Source: the human T2T-CHM13v2.0 reference genome, Homo sapiens
Reading direction: 5' to 3' (one strand)
NCBI RefSeq assembly: GCF_009914755.1
Contig: NC_060942.1
DNA: 64,000 nt
The notes beneath the pieces are model-generated. The model made no database searches. It saw only the letters and a program-made list of their open reading frames with translations, and had not been told where the DNA came from. Positions 16,757-47,137 of this stretch are shown here, piece by piece. The position numbers were made by a program, and so were the translations under genes. Every line of letters begins with the position of its first letter. Within the stretch, counting starts at the first letter, position 1.

Positions 16757-16889
16757 TCCTCATCCCCACTCAATGGGGAAGACCATTGGATGCAACCCCA
16801 TGGAGGCCAAAGTGATCATAACACCTTCAGTTTCCTCATCCCTTCTCAACCTTGACACTCTCTTCCCATTGGATGTTGGTAGCATTATG

Positions 16890-17226
16890 CCCAAGGTCAC
16901 AAACTAATGACCCATGGGCTGAATTTCAGCTGGAGACATGATTTGCTTGGCCTACACTGTCTGTATGTGTCTGATTAGTTGCTAACATTTGCAAATTAGG
17001 ATTCCTCACACTAAAATCTAGATTTCTAGTTTTTCTTGTAAAATCATAAGATGTGGCAATGCTGAACCATCACAACCTCACAGCAACCATCATCTAGAAC
17101 TTGAGAACGGCTGTCCCATCTAAACCAGGCATGGGCTGGCCCAGTGACCATTGTCCCACTCAGCCTGCTTCACTCCTCCAGCTTATACACCTGGCTCCTG
17201 CAGGCATTTGACTTTGTGATCCCTGC
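16890..17226. mobile_element. hAT-Charlie-type MER element (MER102-like)
   Basis: Termini caaggtcacaaact and tttgtgatccctg; internal taaaatctagatttctagtttttcttg; family name tentative. Confidence 0.55.
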
Positions 17227-17346
17227 ACTCTATTACTCTAGGCTGAGGCAGGGTCAGAGTGGGTGTAAGGCACAGACTCCAGACCTGGACAACATCCCAG
17301 GAATAGCAGCTCCGCTGCAAATTCCCCAGGCTTCTGATCAAAATAC

Positions 17347-18291
17347 CTGTACAGACATTTGTTCCTCCTTAAACTGCCACAGCCGACTTTTAGCATTTTG
17401 GCAATCAGATGTCAGAGTAAGCAGCTCAGCTTCAGCCAGCAGCAGTTGCTTCCTACATCGTGAGTAGTTCAAAAGCAACTCATAAAATTCATGCCTGTCT
17501 TGATGAGCCATGCTGTCAAATTCTTCTAAATATGACTCAACATTTTCCAGCCATGAACCAGGCTCCAAGATTTTTAGCTGTTCTTTAGTAAATGGTACTA
17601 GTTCCAGTTGAGACGGGAGTTCTGGGTAGAGTCGCTCACTGCGAAGCAAGGGTTTCACTGCCACCAAAGCTGGTGCTTCTCCAGCAATTTCAGCTGGCAA
17701 CTGGGGATACAGTTTCTTCACTCTAGGTGTCTGAAAACCATGTTTGGCTGGGCAAGAACTCTGCAAGCCAACATTCTGTGGCACCTCTGAAGAACAAACC
17801 AGGCCTTGTTTGTCTTCTTTACTATTCTGAGTTTCTCTGACTTGTATATTTTCCATTGCTGGCTGAGTATAAGAAAAATTAGATTGGGGTGCACTTTCTG
17901 AAAGTCCACCTTGTACCGACATATTTTCCTCTACCTCTGTGAAGTTCTTGGGGGTTTCTACTTTAGTTCCAACATTGTCTCCAGGGTGGACCTTTGGAGT
18001 GACTGCACTGTCCCCCACACAGGGTCTGGCCTCTCCCCCTTCCTTTGGGGGCTCTGTGTTACACGTCAGGGACTCTTCATTGCTTATAGTTAAGGAGGTG
18101 AGTGGTACATCAAACATTTCACTCTCATTTTGTCCACTGGCATCATCCTGGAGCTGGGAATCAGTTACCACCTTCAGATGGTCTCCTTTGAATTCACAGG
18201 CTAGAGAAGGGATTTCCTGCTCTCTGGAGGTTTTTGGAAGGGAGACTTCACTGGACTCTTCCCTCTGAGGAGTTTCATACTTCTTCTTTTC
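17347..18291 (-). CDS. EPG5: EPG5 exon 2 (EKKKYETPQ...EEQMSVQ), 945 nt
   Basis: Acceptor tttttag/GAA, donor CAG/gtattt; overlaps the 277-aa ORF 17338..18171; c.64-1008. Confidence 0.97.
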
Positions 18292-18699
18292 CTAAAAACA
18301 ACATACATAATGTGAAATAATTTATCACAATAATTAATGCTTTCAGCAGGAGGAATTTTAAAGTTGCACATAAAATCTAAATTTCATCATGTAACAAATG
18401 AAACCTAAATTCACTTTATCAGTGTTTTTGAACAGATATGAACAAATATGAAACAGAAATGTGTTTCATATTTCGTATTATCCAATATTGAGCGTGTTAA
18501 ATTTGGAGATTCACTAGTCTGATCCTAATAGAAAAAGACATCACAGTAAGCAGCAAATTCTGATTCAAAAAATAGAAGGGGAAAGTTAATTAGATTGTAC
18601 ACCATTTTGCCAGGGGTTAAGTTAAATAGATCAGTCTCTACGGATCTTCAGCCACAATAGGTTTGTCTTCACCTTGACAAATTCACTCAAAACTCAGGG

Positions 18700-19830
<1,131 letters not shown>

Positions 19831-20526
19831 CATCATAAAAAAGCTGTTCACTAAAAAATAAGTTATGGTTTCAAAAAAACCTTCAGGCATTAATACGCAA
19901 ACTAGATAACAGGAAGTTAGGCTGAATAAAGAAGAAAAAATTATTTAAATAACATTTAAATAAAGTTGTTTCATTCAAACAGACTAAAAACCTCATTGAA
20001 ATCACTCAAATACTTACTTTCTTGAAGAAATTTTAAGGCAGGCAAACATGAGTTATACAAGCTCTTGGTTATTTTGGATTATTCTGCTCTGAATGTCCAG
20101 CAGACTAATAGCCAAAAAAGTAGGGCCTTTATATATTAAAAAGAAAAAAAAGATGAATATTTTTGACATGGAATTTGAGGTCAGCTTGTTGAAATGAACC
20201 TGACTGCCAAACATTTACAAATGGTAATGATTCAAGAAGTAATATGACCCTCCAAATTACTTCACTCCCCACTGTGAACTGTGGACATCAGATCCAGAAG
20301 TCAGTCACCCAATGCATACCTCATACAAACTACTTTGTTAAACTGCCTAAAATCACAAATAATAGAAAAACATTATATGAGTGTTAATAAAACAAAAAAG
20401 CAAGCCCAAACTATGCTGCAATGATGTTTAGCAAACTTGCTGTAATAAACAGGGTTCTTAGACTGAGAAATCAGAAAGAAAAATTAAGAGGGAAAATGGT
20501 TACTACGGCAAGAGAAATGTTAGTGG

Positions 20527-20971
20527 ACACATCAGGGACTCTTCATCGCTTACGGTTAAGGAGGTGAGTGGTACATCAAACATTTCACTCTCATTTTGTT
20601 CACTGGCATCATCTTCAAACATCATCCTTAAAAATACATATGATTCGCTTGGCCTATACTGTGTGTGCATGTGTGTGTATGTGTCTGATTTGTTGCTAAC
20701 ATTTGCAAATTAGGATTTCTCACACAAAAATCCAGATTTCTAGTTTTTCTTGGAAAATCATAAGATGTGGCAATGCTAAACCATCACAACCTCACAGCAA
20801 CCATCAACTAGAACTCGAGAGTGGCTGTCCCCTCTAAACCAGGCACGGGCTGACCCAGTGACCACTGTCCCACTCAGCCTGCTTCACTCCTCCAGGTTAT
20901 ACACCTGGCTCCTGCAGGCATTTGACTTTGTGACCCCTGTACTCTACTAGTCTAGGCTGAGGCAGGGTCAG
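20527..20971. repeat. Composite local duplication: exon 2 piece (20527-20613 = 18061-18147) plus intron 2 block (20640-20971 = 16938-17257)
   Basis: Both blocks aligned by eye in direct orientation. Confidence 0.93.
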
Positions 20972-20999
20972 TATGGCAGAGGCCAAATTTTAGTGAGTT

Positions 21000-21800
21000 G
21001 ACAATCAGAAAATGAAATTAGTAAAACAATTTCATTTATAATAGCATAAAAAGAACAAACTAGGGATAAATTGAGAGAAAGAAGCATAATACTTGTACTC
21101 TGAAACTTACAAAACATTACTGAAAGAAATTAAATGCAACTTAATTTATTTAAATGGAAAGACAATCTATGTCTTTCGCAATATTGTTAAGATGACAATA
21201 TTCCTCAAATGGACCTACAAACTCTACACAATGCCTTGCAAAATCCTAGCTACCTTTTTTTGCAGAAGTTGATAAACTGATACTTAAATTGCATACAGAA
21301 ATGCAAGTGACCCACAACAGACAGAAAATCTTGAAAAAGAACAAAGTTGGAGAACTCGCACTTGGCAATTCCAAAATCTACTACAAAGTACAGTAATAAA
21401 GACAGTATAGTGTTGGCACATGGACAAATAGATCAAAGGAACAAAACTGAGAATCCAGAAATAAAACCTTACATATATGGCAAATTGATTTTGACAAGAA
21501 TGCCAAAACAATTCAATGGGGAAATTTGAACAAATGGTGCTACAACAACTGGATATCCTCATATGAAAGAATAAATTGGACCCTTACCTTATATCATATA
21601 CAAAAATTAATGCAAAAAGGATCATACACCTAATGTGAGAGCTAAAACTTTTAAACTGTTAGAAGAAAACAAAAAAATCTTTATAAACTTGGGTAGGCAA
21701 AGCCTTCTTACATATGGCACCAAAAGCACAAGCAACAAAATAAAAAGATCAATTGGACTTCATCAAAATTAAAAACTTTGGTGCTGCAAGTACCATCAAG
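21000..21800 (+). mobile_element. L1M ORF2 fragment
   Basis: ORF 21347..21529 gives L1 ORF2-like QIDQRNKTENPEIKPYIYGKLI. Confidence 0.85.
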
Positions 21801-21802
21801 CT

Positions 21803-23393
<1,591 letters not shown>

Positions 23394-23869
23394 AAAAGAT
23401 ATTTCTTACAACTAAAAATGCCAGGCATATTAAGAAAAATCTATTTCTTTATTTTTGATCTCCACATAAGTTACATACAGATTAAAAAACGATTTTAAAG
23501 TCATTCAAATGGAGAAACAATAATGAGTAAATTTTACAAAAAGAGTTGATAAATAGAGAAAAACATGCTTAACTATACATTACAGTAAATATGCTCTGGA
23601 GTGTGGGTATATGGGGAAAAAAACCTAAAGAAAAATACAACAAACCATTACCAACAGTTATTTCCAGGAGATGGAATTCTGGGCATTTCATTTCTGGGTT
23701 GTACACTGTGAGAGTGTGTGTATGTGTACACTCATACACACTTTAAGCAATGAGGAATCAGAAAGTAATCATTTAAAACTAAAGTTTTTTTTAAGTTTTG
23801 GGAAATAAATGGGAAGTTTCTATTCATCACTTGAAAAAAACATGTAAAGATGTAGAATAGGCTTGGATT

Positions 23870-25110
<1,241 letters not shown>

Positions 25111-25999
25111 CTTTTAGGAGGCACGAAAGAAGCTAAATAATACTATGCAGCATCCCCCAACTTCAAACCAATAACCACTCCTGATAGAAAGGAACTAGAG
25201 GTGGAAATCAATCATTTAGGCATGGCACAAGGGGGATGGAGATTCAAAGGTTTTTCCTGTGACCTTCTGGGACACATCTTTCTGTCCTTAGCAATTACCA
25301 GATGTTCTCACTATTAATAAGTTGTTGGCATTCAGAATTTAATATTAACTGTCAAAGAAAACACTATAAAATGCACTGCTCCTGCAGAGTAAGTCCAAAT
25401 CTAAGAATCTACTGTACTTATAAATTATCAAGATCAATGAAGTCAGGGTGCTCAGAGTTGGGGGATTTTATAGCAGAGAATGACACTAAAGAAATGAAAA
25501 CATTATTAGGTCTCTCTCTTAGGCATCAGGTGATAAGCACCACATACCTAACCACAACCTAGCAGCCGAGGTTAGCTATCAGATGATTAACATTGAGGAA
25601 TGTAGGTCAGCTGCTGGGTGAAATCCAGAAGCCACTCAAACTGTCTAAAGGCAACAGCACATGACACTATCCACTTCCTGAACTGAGACTTTGAACCAGT
25701 TTGTGGTTCCCTAAATAGCTGCCAAATTATACTATAGATGGTAAAGGTTTCATTAATATAGGACTTTATAACTATAATCGAACTATAACCAGCACTAAGA
25801 AGTGCATCAATTGACTCTAAAAAAAATTACTTTCTAGATTGTTTTATTCTAAAAGAATTAACTTTCTAGATTGACAAAGATAGGGGCCTTGCTGGTATCA
25901 TGGACTTTTTTCATCCGTTTTCTCATACTAGTCAGAGGAAATTCACTAGAGTAAATTCCTCTGAGTGACAAAGCTTGGAAATATTCTTCATTACTGGCA

Positions 26000-26990
26000 T
26001 TTATTTCATCATTCGACGAACATTATCAAGTGACAAAGAGGCTACGAAGGGTACTGAGAACAAGACAGGTCCCTCCCTCAGTGAGTTCAAAATCTAAGGG
26101 AGAAGAGAAATGTTGACAAAGTAACCACAAATGAGATGAGTGGCACAGAGGGGAGCAGAGTGCTATTGGAGAGGCAGTGACACCAGGAAGATGAGAAAAA
26201 GCTTCTCTGACGAAGTACTGTTTAGCTGACACCTCACAAATGAGTAGCTGGCTAGGTAAAAAGGGATAGGAAGGGGTGTCAGAGGAAACAACATGGGCAA
26301 AGGCCCTGAAGCAGGAAAGAATATAAAGGTTAAGAATCAAAAGAGAACTTTGGGAGGCCGAGATGGGTGGATCATCCGAGGCCAGGAGTTTGAGAAGAGC
26401 CTGGCCAACGTGGTGAAACTCCGTCTCTACTAAAAATACAAAAATTAGCCCAGCATGGTGGCAGGCACCATAATCTGAGCTACTCAGGAGGCTGAAGCTG
26501 GAGAATCGCTTGAACCAAGAGACAGAGGTTGCAGTGAGCCAAGATCACACCACTTCACTCCAGCCTGGGTGACAGAGTGAGACTCGGTCTCAAAAAGAAA
26601 AAGAAAAGAAAAGAGAGAAAGTTGGGATTGGTGGTAGAACTGAGGCTGAGGAGGAAGACAGAGGCAAGATCATACAGAGCCCTTAGTCCATGCTTTGGAC
26701 TCTAGCCTCTGAGTGATGGGAAACCTTTGAAAGGTTTTGAGGAGAGTAACATGATCAGTTTTGTTTTGAAAAATATATATCCAGCTCAGTTTAGAGAATG
26801 GGCAGCAAGAATGAACGTAAAGAGGCCAGTTTAGAAGAAATCCTCCTTGGAGGAGGGTTGTACTAGTTAGGATGGAGAGGAAATGCACAGAATCAAAAGA
26901 ATATTTAGAAAATGCAATTGGCAAGACTTAGTGAATGATCAGATTTGGAGGGTGAGCAAAAGTAGATGTCAAGGATTTTTGGTTTGCCCA
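26000..26990 (-). mobile_element. L2 relic with a 5'-truncated plus-strand Alu (26348-26615)
   Basis: aaaggccctgaagcaggaaaga and ggttttgaggagagtaacatgatc are L2-like. Confidence 0.65.
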
Positions 26991-27461
26991 AATGCCTCTG
27001 AAATAAAGGCCTCTTCATAAACTTTAACAAAAAAAAATTAATGTATGTTTGTATAGGAAAGTTGCCTAAGATGGATAAAAAATATAATCAATTGGTTTTT
27101 CATGATGGATCTAAAAGCTTAAGATTTTTAACTTTTTAATTTAGAAATTGTTTTAAACAAAATAAATTAAGAGGGAATCCCCTTAACAGACTTTTTAAAG
27201 CATCTGTAACATTCTATCTATGGAAAGACAAAAGACATACAGATACATGAAATAACTATTAAGTTCCTGGATTGAGAGTCAGGATTTCTGGCTTTAACCT
27301 GAGTTCTCTCACGAACTGCATGACACTGAGCAATATTTAATCCCCGGAGGCTTTAGTTTCATCAATATCTTGGGGGAAAAAAACTAGAGATTAAGACTTA
27401 AGATTCTGCTCTCATAGACAACTAACATTTATGTGTTATGCACTACTGCATTATAGGTTCA

Positions 27462-28428
<967 letters not shown>

Positions 28429-28728
28429 AGAGCATCATAATGAAAGAAATCCACATAAGTCATCTACAGTCTACTAAGTATGGTACCTATGAACACTACC
28501 CTCCTGTTAAAACCTTGTTCCCATGAGAAAATCGGATTACAGTATCATGCTTAAATTACACCTGCTTTGGAACATCACCCACTTCTGGGGAAAAAAATGT
28601 CCTGTACTTGTAATACCATCCTCCTTATTTCCCAAATGTAAACTCTGTTTCAGGTAAGCCAAAATTATGAGGTCTGGCCATGCGGGAGCAGCATTTAATC
28701 TGTTCATCTTAGAAAATATATATAAATA

Positions 28729-29479
<751 letters not shown>

Positions 29480-30099
29480 TCAACTTAAAATCACTCTAAT
29501 ACCACATGTAGTCTAATACAGGAAACTCAGAAAATTCAAACACTTCCCTACTGTGTGAGTCCCGCCCTGGGTTAATTTCTAGCCATTCATGCCCCTTATA
29601 AACAATCAAGACAATAAGAAATAAACAGAGGCAGCACTACTATCATCTTGAACTTTCAAAGTGATCAGAAATGGCACAGCACTAGTCTACTTATAAAGTT
29701 CTGCCAAAGGTACCTTCTCCGCGTGGAGGAGGGGAACATTCCCTCTTTATGCATGGCAGGGACTAAAAATGTTCTAGGATATAAAAGAGTAAAGAGAGAG
29801 TCAACGATGGGGCTGGAAAGAGAAAAATTATTTCACGGCAGGAAACCAGACCCAGGTGAGGAAAGCCAAGAGAGCAGAAAAGGAAGAGGCCAGTGAAGTC
29901 ACAGGAGGGAGAAGGAAAAATGGGGTCCTGACAGAGTGTGGCAGGGGGATATGGAGAAGGAATGGAGGAGAAGGGCCGGTGTCAACGGGTGGTGGGATCA
30001 AATATTGGAAGGTGGAGGCGGAAGATGCAGAGGGCTCAGGGAACGGGAGTAGAATTGGCTGGGGAGGCCGAAGAGAGGAGCAAGGAGACACAGCACACT

Positions 30100-30720
30100 G
30101 CCAGAGCCTCGGGAGGGTGGGGAGATCCTCACCTTTGTTTTAGTCCGGCTGGCCTTGGCCTTGGCCCGGCGCTGGGGCTTCACCGCCTCGGCCATAGACC
30201 CTTCCGCGGCGCCGTCACCGTTTGTTTTTGTCAAACCCCTGCGCTTCAAGCAACCTGCCCGGTTCTGGCCTCCGGACTGTCACATGATCGAATCTCCGCC
30301 ACTCCCGGAGAAGAGGCGGTGAGTCGGCGCCTCTACGGGCCGCAACGTAGGACAAACCACTCCAGGACGCATTTGCACTGGAGGAAGGCAGGCCCGCCCC
30401 CTTCCCGGAGCCCAGGCCCCACCCCTAGCCCTGGCTCCACCCGGCGCGCAGGTGTCTTGGGTTGCGCTGGACAAGGGCAGCGACCCAGGCTGACCCACCT
30501 CCTCCGTCTCCCGGCTCTGCGGAACCTCACTCAGTGCGGATCCCGGGCGCGCTCGCACACCTCACCCGCGTCGGCTTGAAGAAATCCGGAAAGTGGGTTT
30601 GCCATTCTTTTTTTTCATCTTCAGATAAACCAGATCCAGTCGGTTAGCCTAAATCCGCACTGCGCGCAAGGAAGAAACCCTGACGCCCATCGGGGTGTGC
30701 ACTTCGGCGTCCTCTTTTGT
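30100..30720. promoter_or_regulatory. EPG5: CpG island / EPG5 promoter, TSS inferred near 30285-30300
   Basis: Sharp rise in GC and CpG over exon 1; GC box ggcccgcccc 30391-30400; M-box/CLEAR-like gtcacatga 30279-30287; NRF1-like tgcgcgca 30661-30668; no TATA box seen. Confidence 0.88.
30133..30195 (-). CDS. EPG5: EPG5 exon 1 coding part (MAEAVKPQRRAKAKASRTKTK)
   Basis: ATG at 30195-30193 in a CpG island; donor AAG/gtgagg; 63 nt, phase 0; matches the recalled EPG5 N-terminus. Confidence 0.97.
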
Positions 30721-31177
30721 AAAGGGGAATGATCACACCTGCCTTTTCGGATGTCATGAGAATTTAATGGGCTCTCCCAGAAAGGTGCCTGGTAGCGGCA
30801 GGCATGTCGGTACATGGTAGTTATTAATTATCATTACTGTACAAATTCCCAGACTGGAAAAAAGACATGTGCTCCTAAAAGGACAGGCAAACAGGTAACA
30901 AGATAAATAAGATCCGTAAAAGTATTCTTAGTATACATTTTACAGTGTGCTTCATTTGAAATTTCCAGATGTGAAAAACTTGTCCACATCTTCCCTTCCC
31001 AGCTCTAGGATTTCTGTGATTTGCTTGTATCCTTATTGTTAGTGTCTGTCAATCCTCCCAGAATGTAAGATCCTCAAAGGCAGGGTTCTTAATTTTGTTG
31101 CCTGATGTATCCAAGGGTCTTTAGAACACTGCACGTAGTAGCACATAGTAGATACTAAATAAATATTTCGTGAATCA

Positions 31178-37019
<5,842 letters not shown>

Positions 37020-37677
37020 CCAGCATTCATAAAAAGACTGTAACTCATATATTATGTTATGGCATTCCATAACATAATATGACTATGATGCATAAGTCAG
37101 CCAGCATCTGGAAAAGAGTAAAAGCAAGGTTCAGTGAAAGCTGCTGAACTCTAGAAGGTACGCTGGGTTGACCTTTCTTAAATCTCCTTCCAAAATTCCA
37201 TTCCAGAGTCTCTGTTGCCATCTGGTGGCAATGCCTGCTTGGTGAAACCTCTTACATATGATTTCCGAGAAGTCATTCATGATACAGATAGTTACTTTCT
37301 GTACATCATAACAGCACAAGGCGTTATTTCATCATTCTTCATTACTAAATGCATTTTGTAAAATTGCGAAAGAATCAGGTTGCTTCTACATTATTTCAGT
37401 TTCTTGAGACAATTAGCTCCCAGAGCAAGTACGTACCAAAAATGTACAACCTATGTTTTTCTAACAAACTGTCTTCCATAGGTGGGCTCTTTTCCATTAA
37501 CAGACTTTTGCTTCCATAGGCAGCAAAGCATATAAACTTTGTCCTTTTTTTCCTCTTATAATCTCCAAACATTAAATGAGTCATACAAGTACAGTTGACC
37601 CTTCAACACTGCAGGAGTTAGGGTCACTAATCCTCCACACAGTTGAAATCTGCATATAAATTTTGACTCCTCCAAAA

Positions 37678-37869
37678 TTTTATTTTATTTTATTTTATTT
37701 TACTTTATTTTATTTTTGAGATGGATTTTCACTCTTGTTGGCCAGGCAATCTCGTGCAATGGCACGATCTCGGCTCACTGCAACCTCCCCGCTTCCCGGG
37801 TTCAAGCGATTCTCCTGTCTCAGCCTCCTAAGTAGCTGGGATTACAGGCATGTGCCACCACGCCCGGCT

Positions 37870-37911
<42 letters not shown>

Positions 37912-38308
37912 AGGTGGAGTCTCGCTCTGTCACCCAGGCTGGAGTGCAGTGGTGCCATCTCGGCTCACTGCAAGCTCCGCCTCCCGGGTTCACGCCATTC
38001 TCCTGCCTCAGCCTTCTGAGTAGCTGGGACTACAGGCACCTGCTACCACACCCGGCTAATTTTTTTTTTTTTTTTTTAATGGAGACGGGGTTTCACTGCG
38101 TTAGCCAGGATGGTCTTTATCTCCTGACCTCATGATCCACCCGCCTCGGCCTCCCAAAGTGCTGGGATTACAGGCGTGAGCTACCGCGCCCAGCCCTAAT
38201 TTTGTATTTTTAATAGAGACAGGGTTTCATCACGTTGGTCGGCTGGTCTTGAACTCCTGACCTCAGGTGATCCACCCGCCTTAGCCTCCCAAAGTGTTGG
38301 GATTACAG
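37678..38308 (-). mobile_element. Nested Alus: an AluY-type copy (about 37873-38196) inserted in the linker of an older Alu; truncated Tigger-like piece at 37590-37677
   Basis: Right arm, long poly(T), full Alu, then left arm; ctaatttt repeated either side; the older Alu stops at gattacag. Confidence 0.85.
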
Positions 38309-38933
<625 letters not shown>

Positions 38934-38974
38934 GTCAGGGTGAAATGAAATGGTGATAACATCTGTGCTGCACC

Positions 38975-39562
38975 ATAAAAAAGAACGAGATCATGTCCCT
39001 TCTGGGAACATGGATGGAGCTGGAGGCCATTATCTTTAGCAAACTAATGCAGGAACAGAAATCCAAATACCACATGTTCTCCCTTATAAGTGGGAGCTTA
39101 GTGATGAGAATACATGGACACAAAGAGGAGAACAGACACTGGGATCTGTTTGAGGGTGGAGGGTGGAAGAAGGGAGAGGATCAGAAAAGATAACTATTGG
39201 GGCCATGCGCGGTGGCTCACACCTGTAATCCCAGCACTTTGGGAGGTTGAGGGCTGGAGGATTGTTTAAGCCCAGAAGTCCAAGACCAGCCTGGGCAACA
39301 TGACGAAACCCCGTCTCTAAAAAAACACAAAAATTAGCCAGGAGTAGTGGCACATGCCTATAGTCCCAGCTACTCAGGATGCTGAGGTGGGAGGATCACT
39401 TGAGCCTGTGAGGTGGAGGTTCGGTGAACCGAGATCATGCCACTGCACCCCAGCCTAGGCAACAGAACAAGACTCTGTCTCAAAAAATAACTATTGGATA
39501 CTAAGCTTAGTACCTGGGTGATGAAATAATCTGTACAACAAACCCCTGTGATACCAGTTACC
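38975..39562 (+). mobile_element. L1PA/PB 3' end with an inserted Alu (39201-39487)
   Basis: ccataaaaaagaacgagatcatgtcc...; target-site duplication ataactattgg. Confidence 0.87.
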
Positions 39563-39699
39563 AATATTGAAATGCTTCATTCTCTTTCACCCATTCATGA
39601 GAAATAATTATTTCTCCCTTGAACCTCACAGGTCTTTGTAAATGCCTCTATTACCACATTGCATTTCAATTATGTTCATATGTAATGCAAGCCATTAGA

Positions 39700-45965
<6,266 letters not shown>

Positions 45966-46515
45966 TATACCAACAGTCTGTAGAATAGCTCACATTTACT
46001 AAATTTAACACATGTACTCGTTTGGCTTCACTCACTTTGCACTCCTTATTTCTCTTTCAAGTGGTTGTTTCTCTAGCTATGTTTTCTTATGGGCCACTAA
46101 TTCTTTCATAGTCTCTACTATGTGCCAGGTGCTGGAGATACAGCAGGAAAAAGAATAGACAATGGCCCTGCTACCATTGGGGTTCCAGTCTAAAAAGGAA
46201 GACAGGCTTTGAACAATTAATTTCAAGGGTGAATCATATCATAACAAGGAAAATGGAGGGGGAGGAGAGATACAGTAGTTGGATCCAACCTAGTCTGAAG
46301 GCAGAGATGGTGTCTCGCAGAGGAAGTAACACTGCAATTGACCTCTGAAGGATTAGTACAAAGTAGTTCGGCACCATCTCCATTTGGCTTCCCTGACCAG
46401 CGGTTTGTCTTTTTGAAGCCTAACAATCACAAATGTGGCAAGGGATCAAATAAAGCTTGGAAGAGCGATATGGTCAACACAAAAATACGAAACAAATCCC
46501 AAATTACCAAGAACC

Positions 46516-46521
46516 TTTATT
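46516..46521 (-). terminator. PSTPIP2: PSTPIP2 polyadenylation signal AATAAA
   Basis: tttatt on the plus strand; downstream on minus reads gggatttgtttcgtatttttgtgttg. Confidence 0.75.
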
Positions 46522-46806
46522 TAACCTACCAAACTAAAAGAGCAATAAAATAAAAATATTTTCCATCCACAAAACGGTTTTACATCAACTACACTGACCA
46601 ATACAGAGAAAAGGGAAATCCCTGAGGAACTGCCAACAATAAATAATATACTTAAAATAGAATGTTCTGAGTGTAAAGGAACATTTCCTGAGCCCGTTCA
46701 GTTTGGGGAAATTTGGCCCTTTGCAAAATTCAGTTTCTCAAAAGGATATCCAACTGATGCAAGTTTCCTGTCATGACAAGAAGCTGTCATGTTCAGTAGC
46801 ACCTTA

Positions 46807-47137
<331 letters not shown>

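Noticed and set aside
29938-30579. 213-aa plus-strand ORF across the EPG5 promoter
   Set aside because: GTG start, GC-rich stop-poor CpG island, antisense to exon 1, no recognisable domain.
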